Assembly: GCA_965223005.1 (NCBI GenBank)
Contig: CBDCVK010000005.1
Span: 160,001-224,000, forward strand
Length of the DNA: 64,000 bases
From: Terriglobia bacterium
Lineage (GTDB): Bacteria; Acidobacteriota; Terriglobia; JAJPHL01; JAPKYU01
Direction: 5' to 3'
Shown here: positions 1 through 8,720 of the stretch, in pieces
How the letters are laid out: every line of letters begins with the position of its first letter
Position numbering within the stretch: the stretch's first letter is position 1
The notes under the pieces: model-generated
What the model saw: only the letters and a program-made list of their open reading frames with translations
Databases searched by the model: none
What the model was told of the DNA's origin: nothing
Program-made: the position numbers and the translations under genes

Positions 1-2
1 TC

Positions 3-704
3 GAGGAACTCTATCGCCGGATGGACGATCTGGTCGGTCGCACACTCCAGCAGATGGATGAGGAGTCCATTTTGTTGGTGATTTCTGACCACGGGTTCAA
101 GTCCTTCGAGCGCGGCATCAACATCAACACTTGGCTTTGGCGAAACGGCTTTCTCGCGTTGCAGGACGGTGCACGGCCCGGCGCCGAGTGGCTTCGCAAC
201 GTGGACTGGCAGCAGACCCGCGCCTACGCACTTGGACTCAGCGGCGTTTACATCAACCAAAAGGGGCGTGAGCGTGGCGGCATCGTCGCTGCGGGCCGAG
301 AAACTGAGGAACTCAAGCGGGAATTATGTGAAAAGCTCGGCGGGCTGGTGGATCCTCAAACCGGCCGAGTGGCCATCCGCGAGGTGTTTGACAGTAGCAA
401 TGTCTTTACCGGCCCCTATCGGGACAATGCGCCGGACCTGATCATCGGCTACAACGAGGGCTATCGCGCCGCCTGGGACTCTGTGACGGGCACGATCGGC
501 AGTGAAGTGTTCCAGGACAACTGCAAGGCCTGGAGTGGCGACCACTGCATAGACCCGAGGCTGGTCCCCGGCGTGCTGTTCTCGGACAAAAAGATTCACT
601 GCGAACGGCCCTCGCTGCTGGACATTGCGCCCACCGCGCTGGACCTGTTCGGCGTGCCGCTGCCGCCGCACTTCGAAGGCAAACCCTGGAGCATCGGTGA
701 GTGA
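3..704 (+). CDS. Alkaline phosphatase superfamily / type I phosphodiesterase-nucleotide pyrophosphatase, 3' part (5' end outside window)
   Basis: Frame is open from position 3; metal-binding motifs VISDHG and WSGDH, then the C-terminal 'DIAPT' typical of the AlkP superfamily. Confidence 0.8.
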   Translation, partial: EELYRRMDDLVGRTLQQMDEESILLVISDHGFKSFERGININTWLWRNGFLALQDGARPGAEWLRNVDWQQTRAYALGLSGVYINQKGRERGGIVAAGRETEELKRELCEKLGGLVDPQTGRVAIREVFDSSNVFTGPYRDNAPDLIIGYNEGYRAAWDSVTGTIGSEVFQDNCKAWSGDHCIDPRLVPGVLFSDKKIHCERPSLLDIAPTALDLFGVPLPPHFEGKPWSIGE

Positions 705-726
705 GCCGGCAAGTCACGGAAAGGAA

Positions 727-804
727 TGGTCGGGGCGAGAGGATTCGAACCTCCGGCCTCGTGCGCCCAAGGCACGCGCTCTAACCAGGCTGAGCTACGC
801 CCCG
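727..804 (-). tRNA. tRNA-Pro (anticodon TGG)
   Basis: Reverse complement CGGGGCGTAGCTCAGCCTGGTTAGAGCGCGTGCCTTGGGCGCACGAGGCCGGAGGTTCGAATCCTCTCGCCCCGACCA: acceptor stem, D arm, anticodon loop CT-TGG-GC, TTCGAAT T loop, encoded CCA. Confidence 0.97.
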
Positions 805-986
805 CCCTCACTCAGGTGGCACATGATGCGCCGCCTGCCGCTGTCATAATTGTAGCCCAGGTTGTGGACGAAACAGGGGAGCCTCGTAGGAAGATGCAGG
901 TCACTCGGAAGTTCACTCGCCGACCTTCACTCGACTACCGAGCGGCATGATAAGATGGGAGGAGAATTCCCGGACCATCTAGGCAT

Positions 987-1775
987 ATGGGCGACACTCC
1001 GCAGAGCACCAGCATCACCCGGATCGCCGTGGAAGAGTTTGCGGGGCAGTGCCGCCGCCACTTGGTTCCCCTGACCTCGCATCTGAGTTGTTTCCAGGCC
1101 GTCTCTTTGGACGCCGAGCAGCAGCGCCAGTTCTTGCAAGAACCAACGGAAGCCATCCCGACCGCGCTGCTGGAGCGGCTGGTGCCCTTGCGGCTGCTGC
1201 TGGTGCCGCATCTGGAGAAAGGAACGGTCGGCAGCCCCGGCCTGGTCGCCTTCGAGAAGCCCCCCAACCAGCGCTTGCTGCGCCGCACGATCTTCGACGT
1301 GCGCGAGGAAATGTTCCTGCTGTTTGCCGTTGAACAGCAAGACGTGGCGGACTACCACCACGAGCTGTTCAGCATGGTGTCTGGCTTGGCCTGCGGCGCG
1401 CTCCGTGAGGAAGAGTTTTTCCGTTTCTCTACCCAAGTTCTGGATGAGCTGAACCGCGGCACTCGAGGTGAGGTAGACGAAGCCAGCTTGCACTTGAAGC
1501 TGCAGTTACAGCGGCGCCAGCACCTTCCCGGCCGCAACACCAAGCTCATGCGCCGCTACGTACGCCAAGCGCTCGAAGACACGCTCACCCTGTTTCTGCA
1601 CGGACTCTGTTGCGACATCAATGTGGATCCCGGGCCGCAGCAACTGGCCTCGCGCTACCTGCGCCGACGCCTGGAGCTGCTGGCAGAGACCTTCCCGCCG
1701 AATCCCGGCTACCTGCTGTTTCCAGCCCCGAGCCAGAGCCCCACCGATACGGAAGACTCTGCCAGTAACCCCTAA
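987..1775 (+). CDS. Hypothetical protein
   Basis: 262 aa ORF with protein-like composition filling the gap between the tRNA and amrS; no motif recognised. Confidence 0.7.
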   Translation: MGDTPQSTSITRIAVEEFAGQCRRHLVPLTSHLSCFQAVSLDAEQQRQFLQEPTEAIPTALLERLVPLRLLLVPHLEKGTVGSPGLVAFEKPPNQRLLRRTIFDVREEMFLLFAVEQQDVADYHHELFSMVSGLACGALREEEFFRFSTQVLDELNRGTRGEVDEASLHLKLQLQRRQHLPGRNTKLMRRYVRQALEDTLTLFLHGLCCDINVDPGPQQLASRYLRRRLELLAETFPPNPGYLLFPAPSQSPTDTEDSASNP

Positions 1776-1816
1776 GCCCGGACACAGAGGTATAATTGGG
1801 TAGAGGTGAACAGGGG

Positions 1817-2917
1817 ATGCCCACCCTGGCTGAAGTCCTGGCCCAGCACGTGCAAGAAGGCGTTTTATGGGAGCCACTGGAGCGCAACCGCATCCGCTGC
1901 TATGCCTGCGGCCACCAGTGTCCCATTCCGGAGGGGCAGCCGGGAGTATGCAAGGTGCGGTTCAACCGGGGCGGCCGACTGTACGTCCCCTGGGGCTACG
2001 TGGGCGGCATCCAGTGCGACCCCATCGAGAAGAAGCCGTTCTTCCACGTGCGGCCAGGCGCGCTGGCGTTCAGCTTCGGCATGCTGGGCTGCGACCTGCA
2101 CTGCTCTTACTGCCAGAACTGGGTGACTTCCCAGGCCATCCGCGACCCCGGTGCGGTAGCGCCGCCTGAGTTGACCAGCCCGCCCCAATTGGTGAAGCTT
2201 GCCCGCGAGATGGGAGGCGACGCGGTGGTCAGCACTTACAACGAGCCGCTGATCACCGCCGAGTGGGCTGTGGCCGTCTTCCAGGAGGCGCGCGCAGCCG
2301 GCCTGCTCACCGGCTTTGTCTCCAACGGCAACGCTACCCCGCAGGTATTGGAATACATCCGCCCCAGCGTGGATCTTTACAAGGTGGATCTGAAGAGCTT
2401 CGATGACCGCCACTATCGCCAACTGGGCGGGCGGCTGCAGCCCATCTTGGAGAGTATTCGGCTCATCCACCAGATGGGCTTCTGGCTGGAGATCGTCACC
2501 CTGGTCATTCCCGGCTTCAATGACTCCGATGAGGAGCTTACCAGGATGGCCGAGTTTCTAGCTGACATCTCGCCCGACATTCCCTGGCACGTCACTGCTT
2601 TCCACAAGGATTACAAGATGCTGGACCCGGACGACACGCCGCCACAGACGCTGGTTCGGGCCGCCCAGATCGGCAAGCGTGCCGGGCTGCGCTACGTCTA
2701 CGCCGGCAATCTGCCCGGGAGGGTGGGCAACCTGGAGAACACCTATTGCCCGGCATGCGGCGACTTGCTGGTGGAGCGTTACGGCTACCGCATCCGCGAC
2801 TACAGGCTGACCCGGGAGGGCCGCTGCCCCACTTGCTCTGCCGCTGTCCCGGGCCGCTGGGCCGAGTCCTTCCACCGACAGATCGCTGACCGCCCCTTCC
2901 TTCCGATTCTTCAGTAG
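1817..2917 (+). CDS. amrS: AmmeMemoRadiSam system radical SAM enzyme
   Basis: N-terminal CxxCxHxC...GxCxVR, DPIEKKP, radical SAM CDLHCSYC, TYNEP, C-terminal CPxC...CPxC; ATG at 1817 preferred as start. Confidence 0.9.
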   Translation: MPTLAEVLAQHVQEGVLWEPLERNRIRCYACGHQCPIPEGQPGVCKVRFNRGGRLYVPWGYVGGIQCDPIEKKPFFHVRPGALAFSFGMLGCDLHCSYCQNWVTSQAIRDPGAVAPPELTSPPQLVKLAREMGGDAVVSTYNEPLITAEWAVAVFQEARAAGLLTGFVSNGNATPQVLEYIRPSVDLYKVDLKSFDDRHYRQLGGRLQPILESIRLIHQMGFWLEIVTLVIPGFNDSDEELTRMAEFLADISPDIPWHVTAFHKDYKMLDPDDTPPQTLVRAAQIGKRAGLRYVYAGNLPGRVGNLENTYCPACGDLLVERYGYRIRDYRLTREGRCPTCSAAVPGRWAESFHRQIADRPFLPILQ

Positions 2918-3076
2918 CCGGTTCTTCAGTTGCTGGCCTTGTGCTAGGGAACCTCAAGAAGAGTGGTCAATGGGGGGGCAATCGGAAATCAAGTTGGCTT
3001 GCTTTTTCCGTCTGCTGAGAAGAACTCTCCGCACCCTTGGCCATCAAGCTGCTTCCCTGCAGCTTTCTATCTGAAG

Positions 3077-4357
3077 CTATTGGTGAAGCTCGGCGCTGAG
3101 AGCCTGGGGGCCGCGCGCCTGGTAGAACCGCAACAGGCGAATCATCTCCGAGGAAGGAGGCAGCACGCTTCCCAGTCCGGCATCTTCCAAGGCAGACCGC
3201 TCGGGAACCCAGATCCTTCCATCGCTAAGTTGCACCGCGCGCAAATACACACGGCCTGAAAGGAGAGGCTCAGAGGCGTCCGAGCCAGTCTCCAGCACTG
3301 CCGAATCACTCCACCCGAAGGACTCACCCGGCGGCAAGACGAGGACGCGACTTGCCGACGCTCTGCCGGAGCCAGAAATGGTGGCAGCACGAGACTCCCG
3401 TCCCGAAGCGCCTTCGAACAGCCAGGCAACTTGGAAGTCGACAATCCCGGTTCCAGCGCGGTTGCGCACCTCCAGTGCGGGGTCAACCAAGCCGGATTTC
3501 GGGCCAGATTCATAGACGCTCGCTCGCGCCCACACAATCTCCAGCGGTGCGTCGGGAAAGCGCACGACGCGGAAATTGGCCTTCTGGGCCAGCTTGCGGG
3601 CGCGCACAGCTGCAGCTCCGGCCAACACCCGGGGAGTCCCCTGTGCCGAACTGGGTCCAGGCCCGGCCGCTTGGCTGGCCCATTTCTCGAGCATCCGAAT
3701 CAGGTGGGAAAATCCCGCCCTCTGAAACACGCCCTGCAGATAGCGGCGGTCGCGGGCAGACTCGGCCTGGTTAATCCGCATGGTACCGAGCACCCGCATC
3801 CGGTCGGGACCGTAGGCGGACCCATCGGCAAACAGCACGGAATCCAGCTGCATGCGCACCGAGGTGGGGAGGTCCACAGGACGCGCCCGCGAGGTGCGGG
3901 GAGGCAGTTCGATTTCCACGCGCATCCGTGCCGGCACGGCGTAGGTTTCGCCGGGCGCTAAGCGAATCCCGGATACGGCGTTCAGCCCTCCCGTGCCGGG
4001 CGTGCTGAAACCGTAGCTCAGGGCCAGCGCCAGCCCTTCGATAGGTTTAGGCGAGCGGTTGCGCACCGTCAGCCGCAAGTCCAAGTCCATCAGCATGCCC
4101 TGCTCGCCGCGAGTGATGCGGCTGGAGCCGTAGTCGAGGTGAACCAATTCCAGCGGCCCAGACGTTGGGAGAACTACCCGCACGAAGCGGCGAGGGTCAA
4201 TGTCGGCCGGCCTGAGCGACGGGTGCGTGAACGGCGAGCGCGTGGTCTGGCCTGGTTGCGCCAGCAGCGCGGCCGGGGCTGCCAGCAGCAGCACTAGCAG
4301 GGAGCCCGCGAAGCGGGCCCATCGAAACCGGCAACAGGAGCGGCAACGGGTGCTCAC
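3077..4357 (-). CDS. Exported hypothetical protein with two repeated beta-rich (Ig-like) domains, last gene of the ECF operon
   Basis: Signal-like hydrophobic N-terminus (LLVLLLAAPAALLAQ); start overlaps the anti-sigma stop (GTGA); internal repeat. Confidence 0.75.
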   Translation of the reverse strand: MSTRCRSCCRFRWARFAGSLLVLLLAAPAALLAQPGQTTRSPFTHPSLRPADIDPRRFVRVVLPTSGPLELVHLDYGSSRITRGEQGMLMDLDLRLTVRNRSPKPIEGLALALSYGFSTPGTGGLNAVSGIRLAPGETYAVPARMRVEIELPPRTSRARPVDLPTSVRMQLDSVLFADGSAYGPDRMRVLGTMRINQAESARDRRYLQGVFQRAGFSHLIRMLEKWASQAAGPGPSSAQGTPRVLAGAAAVRARKLAQKANFRVVRFPDAPLEIVWARASVYESGPKSGLVDPALEVRNRAGTGIVDFQVAWLFEGASGRESRAATISGSGRASASRVLVLPPGESFGWSDSAVLETGSDASEPLLSGRVYLRAVQLSDGRIWVPERSALEDAGLGSVLPPSSEMIRLLRFYQARGPQALSAELHQ

Positions 4358-4896
4358 CTTGCGCCCTCCAGTGAAACTCGGGTAATGGTTAGCGCGCCGG
4401 TGTCCGGGTCGGCGTAGGAAATGCCGAGGACTCCCGCGCCAGCCGACACTTCCACCGGCCCGCGGCGCATCCCGGTATAGAGCACCACGCGCTGGCGCCC
4501 CTGCGGACCGCTCAACTCGCCCACGATCGCCTCAGCGCTGGCGGAAGCCTGGTAGTCGAAGCGGGGAGGCAGCGGCGTCCGTTGTCCGATGAGCAACACC
4601 GCCAGGCAAATCAGCGCCAGCAAAGCCGCGGCCGGCGCCAACGGTTGTGGTATTCCAAAAACCTGGCGCGGCGCGTGCGTCGGGCCGGCCACAATTCTGG
4701 CCGCCAGCCACTCGGGCGTTTCCGGGATGCCCTGGCCGAGTCGCCGTAGCTCGCGGGAAACTTCTCCGTAGCCCTGGGCCTGCTCGGAACAAGCAGCGCA
4801 CCGCTGAAGGTGACGCTCTACCAGGTAGCGCTTCCAGCCCGGCAGATCGCCGGCATTCACCAGGGCAAGATCAAATTCAGAAGGATGCCAGATCAC
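4354..4896 (-). CDS. Zinc-binding anti-sigma factor (ZAS) with one TM helix
   Basis: GTG start after AAGGAG, overlapping the sigma TGA; H...HLQRCAAC (HxxxCxxC) motif; TM helix AAALLALICLAVLLIG. Confidence 0.82.
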   Translation of the reverse strand: MIWHPSEFDLALVNAGDLPGWKRYLVERHLQRCAACSEQAQGYGEVSRELRRLGQGIPETPEWLAARIVAGPTHAPRQVFGIPQPLAPAAALLALICLAVLLIGQRTPLPPRFDYQASASAEAIVGELSGPQGRQRVVLYTGMRRGPVEVSAGAGVLGISYADPDTGALTITRVSLEGAR

Positions 4897-5549
4897 AAAA
4901 TCTCCTTCGCTGGGTGCGCCACCCGAGCTTGAGTTTTCTCGAGGACACGGCGCAGCTTGATTCGAGCGCTGGCAATGTGGGTGCGCACGGTAATCTGGGA
5001 GCAACCCAGGACGCGGGCTACCTCAGCCCCGCTGAGGTCCTCCAGGTCGCGCAGCACGATCGCGGCCCGTTCTTTGGGACTCAGCACCCGGAGGGCTTCG
5101 TGCAGGCGCTGCTCCCGCTCCTGCCGAACCAGTTGCTGCTCGGGCGAAGGCGCCAGTGACGAGGGCTCCAGTTCTTCGCTCCACGGCTCAGTCCGGCGCT
5201 CGGCGGCGCGCCCCCGCTGGAAGTCAATGGCTGTGTTGGACGCGATGCGCAACAGCCAAGACAGTGCCCGATCCGGGTCACGCAACTGGTGCCGGCGCTG
5301 GAAGGCCTTAAGGAACACGTCCTGAGCCAGATCCTGAGCATCGGCGCGGTTGCCTACCATCCGGTACAGCAAGGCAAAGACGCGGCGCAGGTAGCACCGA
5401 ACCAGTTCGGAAAACCACTCTGGGGAGTCGGTCACAGAGACGGCGGTGGCTTGGCGAGCTTCGGCGACGGCGCCCGAGGGCACCCTCCCCGCCAGCGTCT
5501 CCGCCGCTGTGACCATCTCTCTTTGTTTAGGACGGTCCATCTTCGGCAA
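4893..5549 (-). CDS. ECF RNA polymerase sigma-70 factor
   Basis: Region 2 DAQDLAQDVFLKAF...SWLLRIASN; region 4 LSPKERAAIVLRDLEDLSGAEVARVLG; exact start uncertain (5549, 5540 or 5516). Confidence 0.92.
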   Translation of the reverse strand: MPKMDRPKQREMVTAAETLAGRVPSGAVAEARQATAVSVTDSPEWFSELVRCYLRRVFALLYRMVGNRADAQDLAQDVFLKAFQRRHQLRDPDRALSWLLRIASNTAIDFQRGRAAERRTEPWSEELEPSSLAPSPEQQLVRQEREQRLHEALRVLSPKERAAIVLRDLEDLSGAEVARVLGCSQITVRTHIASARIKLRRVLEKTQARVAHPAKEIL

Positions 5550-5709
5550 CCGTTCAGACTGATTATCTCATTAACCGGCAGCGGGTTTCGCGACCCCGGG
5601 CGGCAGGTAACACCAGAAGAACAGGGACAGAATCTGAAGTGGCAGCGGGGGCGAGCCTTAGGGGCGCGTCTTAGGGACGCATCTGAGGAGCACATCTGTC
5701 GACCTGGGG

Positions 5710-6299
5710 ACCTGGCGTTTGGGGGTCAATTCGGCCGGAACGGCCTGAGACACCTCGGATACTACGGTGCTCGAAGGATGCAGGTGTACCTTCCCGTCCG
5801 GGCCCAGAATGTAGGGGTAGCCGGACGGGTCCATCGGCAGGCCCCGCAGCATTCCGGCCCCACCGGAACGGCAGCAGCGGGTTTCGCTGCGGATGGTGTA
5901 GAGACCTGCAGAAGCAAGGCCCGCAGCTTTCGGCCACCGAACTCGGAAGCCGACGAAAGCGACTGTTGAAGTCCGTCGCCAGCTTCTCCAGTTGTTCGAC
6001 ATCCTCTTCCGCCTTCAAGCCAGTCAGGTGACGCATCTCCAGGGCACCTGGCGTTTGGGGGTCAATTCGGCCGGAACGGCCTGAGAACCTCGGACGGTGC
6101 TCGAAGGATGCAGGTGTACCTTCCCGTCCGGGCCCAGAATGTAGGGGTAGCCGGACGGGTCCATCGGCAGGCCCCGCAGCATTCCGGCCCCAACCATTTC
6201 GGCCACCGAACTCGGAAGCCGACGAAAGCGACTGTTGAAGTCCGTCGCCAGCTTCTCCAGTTGTTCGACATCCTCTTCCGCCTTCAAGCCAGTCAGGTG
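5710..6299. repeat. Imperfect tandem duplication of the 3' ~254 bp of the 6024-6959 gene (copies 5710-6030 and 6046-6299)
   Basis: Near-identical sequence; the 5710-6030 copy has +1 and +5 nt insertions and 65 nt (5863-5927) in place of 4 nt. Confidence 0.95.
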
Positions 6300-6959
6300 G
6301 TCCAGGGCATTCTTGCGGATGTTGGGGTCCTTCGTGGATTCGTAGATTTCCCGCCAGAGGAAGCGCGAGGTTTCCCGCGAGCCTCCCTCCTGGGCGATCT
6401 TGGCCGCCATCACTCTCATCCAGTCGCGGGCCTTGGGATGCTTGCTTCCCTGGCGGTAGGCTTGGGAGGCTTTCTCGTAGTCCTTCATGTCCCAGTAATA
6501 GATAAAGCCGAGGTCGTGCCACAGGCGCCATTCCTCGGGGTTGGCTACGATGCCCCGGCGGATCAAGGCCACTGCCAGGTCAGGACGCCCGGCACCTCGG
6601 GGAGCCGGCTCTGCCAGGAAGATGGCGCCGAACTTGTAAGCAACCAATAGGTGCGGGTCCAGCGTGGTGGTCAAGTCGAGCAGGGGCCCCAGCAGCTCGA
6701 AGTTAGGATCCCGGTCGCGCCGCTTGCCACCGTAGTACTGCACGGCGCGCGTCCAATAGATGTTCGACAGCAGCGAGTCGTAGCCAAAACTCAACTTCTT
6801 CAGCAGCCCGCGCGAACGCAGAAGCAACACCTCCTTCTGCTGCTGCACGGTCTGTGTCTGCTCCTCAATGCGCACTTGAAGCGGATACACCGCCCCCAGC
6901 AGAACCGGCAGGGCCAGTACGGCGATCCAGATTTGTCCTGTGCGCCCGCGACTACTCAT
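6024..6959 (-). CDS. Membrane-anchored TPR protein of the pilin-associated ABC module (PilG/XapA-like)
   Basis: N-terminal TM, 'GYDSLLSNIYWTRAVQYYG', 'TTTLDP', TPR-like WRLWHDLGFIYYW; lies directly after the ABC permease in the pilin locus. Confidence 0.72.
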   Translation of the reverse strand: MSSRGRTGQIWIAVLALPVLLGAVYPLQVRIEEQTQTVQQQKEVLLLRSRGLLKKLSFGYDSLLSNIYWTRAVQYYGGKRRDRDPNFELLGPLLDLTTTLDPHLLVAYKFGAIFLAEPAPRGAGRPDLAVALIRRGIVANPEEWRLWHDLGFIYYWDMKDYEKASQAYRQGSKHPKARDWMRVMAAKIAQEGGSRETSRFLWREIYESTKDPNIRKNALDHLTGLKAEEDVEQLEKLATDFNSRFRRLPSSVAEMVGAGMLRGLPMDPSGYPYILGPDGKVHLHPSSTVRGSQAVPAELTPKRQVPWRCVT

Positions 6960-6960
6960 T

Positions 6961-7734
6961 TCACTTCAGGTTGCGGCTGGAGAAGATCGCCGAAGCGGCC
7001 AGCAACATCACGCTGATGTACAGGGCGGCGTAGCCCGTATTCAGCAGGACCAGCGACAGCGGGATGGGCCGTCCGTAGGCGGCGGCGGCAATTGCATTGA
7101 AATTGCTGAAATTTGGCAGCAGGTAGTACAGCACTACCGTGATCCTCTCCAACAGGGGATTCTCGGTCATGGCGCCGAAGGTCCGGATGTCCTGGGCAAA
7201 CAGCCCGGTGAGGTACAAACCGAGAGTGAACAAGGTGGACAGCAGCGGCGTCGAAAAGCAAGAAAACAACAGGGCCAGCGCCGTTACCAGCGCCAGCTTG
7301 AGCAAAATGAAGTAGATGGCGACCAGCACGGAGAGGGCGCTGCTGGGGAACGCGCGCGTGACGTAAAACAGCGCTGCTGCCAGTCCCACAGTCATGAGCG
7401 CCGTATTGACGGTCAGGGTTAGCAGCAGCCCGGCGTACTTACCCACCAGGAATTCCCAGCGGCGGATGGGCTTGGAGAGCAACGCGTATAAAGTGAACTT
7501 GTCGATCTCTTTGTAGACCAACCCAACCCCGATGAACACTGCCATCAACAAGCCGAACACTGAGATGGACGTCAGCCCGAGGTTGACGATCACGAGGCGC
7601 TCAATGTCGATCGAGATCTGGCCCACCAGCACGGCGGCGGCAATCATCAGCAGCGCGAAGAAGATCAGGTTGTAGAGCACACGGTCGCGCACCGCTTCGC
7701 GAAAGGTATTGACAGCAACCACCCAGCTCAACAT
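6961..7734 (-). CDS. ABC transporter permease (PilI/XapB-like)
   Basis: NTFREAVRDRVLY, EIDKFTLYALLSKPIRRWEFLVGKY, about 6 TM helices; ATG at 7734. Confidence 0.9.
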   Translation of the reverse strand: MLSWVVAVNTFREAVRDRVLYNLIFFALLMIAAAVLVGQISIDIERLVIVNLGLTSISVFGLLMAVFIGVGLVYKEIDKFTLYALLSKPIRRWEFLVGKYAGLLLTLTVNTALMTVGLAAALFYVTRAFPSSALSVLVAIYFILLKLALVTALALLFSCFSTPLLSTLFTLGLYLTGLFAQDIRTFGAMTENPLLERITVVLYYLLPNFSNFNAIAAAAYGRPIPLSLVLLNTGYAALYISVMLLAASAIFSSRNLK

Positions 7735-7736
7735 GC

Positions 7737-8693
7737 TCAGCGCTCCACTTCGACGGCGTGCGGCGCCGACTGTTCCCGCCCGATCAGGCGCAGGAAGAAA
7801 TCTTCCAGCGTCGGCTTCAGTTGGGTCACCGAGAGGATGCGGGCCCTGCAGGCGCCCAGCCGCTCCAGCGTCGGGTAAAACTCCTCCTCGGGTACCTCGA
7901 TGCGGTACCGGGCCCCGGTCCGGGTGGCCCGAGACGCCAAAGTCGGCGGCAGCGAGGCATCGGCCGGCAACTCGAACAGAATCTCCAGGCCGTGCACCTG
8001 GATGGAGACGATTTCCTCTGGCGAGCCCACCCCCTGCAAGCGCCCGTTCACCAGCACGGCCACGCGGTCGCACAGCATTTCCGCATCAGACAGGATATGC
8101 GTGGAAAAGAAGACGGTGTGCCCCCGGCGCTTCAATTCGAGGATGATGTCGCGAACTTCGCGGCGGCCCAGCGGATCCAAACTCGACATCGGCTCGTCCA
8201 GAAACAGCACCTGCGGGTCGTGCAGGATCGCCTGGGCCAGTCCCACCCGTTGCAGCATTCCCTTGGAAAAAAGGCGAAGTTGCAGGTTGCCGGCCGATGC
8301 CAGCCCCACCAATTCCAGGAACTGCTCAACGCGCTGCCGGCGCTCCTTCACCCCGTAACCAAAGAAGCGCGCGAAGTAGTCGAGCAATTCCCGGGCCGTC
8401 AAGTAATCGTAGAAATACGGCTGCTCGGGCAGGTAGCCGATGTCGCGGTGCATGCTCACGTCTTCAATGGAGTGCCCCAGAATGCGCGCCTCCCCTGAGG
8501 TGGGAAAGATCAGTCCTGTCAGCAGTTTCAACGTTGTGGTCTTGCCGGCACCGTTGGGACCGAGAAAACCGAACACCTCGCCCTCCTGGACGGTCAGCGT
8601 CAACCCGTCCAGCGCCCGGCGCGGTCGTTTCCGCCAGAAACCGACCAGGTAGTCCTTGGTCAGTTGCTCGATTTCGATCGCCGGTCCTGCCAT
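7737..8693 (-). CDS. ABC transporter ATP-binding protein (PilH/XapD-like)
   Basis: Walker A GPNGAGKT, signature FSKGM, Walker B LFLDEP, H-loop STH. Confidence 0.95.
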   Translation of the reverse strand: MAGPAIEIEQLTKDYLVGFWRKRPRRALDGLTLTVQEGEVFGFLGPNGAGKTTTLKLLTGLIFPTSGEARILGHSIEDVSMHRDIGYLPEQPYFYDYLTARELLDYFARFFGYGVKERRQRVEQFLELVGLASAGNLQLRLFSKGMLQRVGLAQAILHDPQVLFLDEPMSSLDPLGRREVRDIILELKRRGHTVFFSTHILSDAEMLCDRVAVLVNGRLQGVGSPEEIVSIQVHGLEILFELPADASLPPTLASRATRTGARYRIEVPEEEFYPTLERLGACRARILSVTQLKPTLEDFFLRLIGREQSAPHAVEVER

Positions 8694-8720
8694 TGCTCGA
8701 TTCCTATTCTGACAAGAACT

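Noticed and set aside
5710-6299. DGR template/variable repeat pair
   Set aside because: Differences are indels, not adenine-specific substitutions, and there is no reverse transcriptase in the window.
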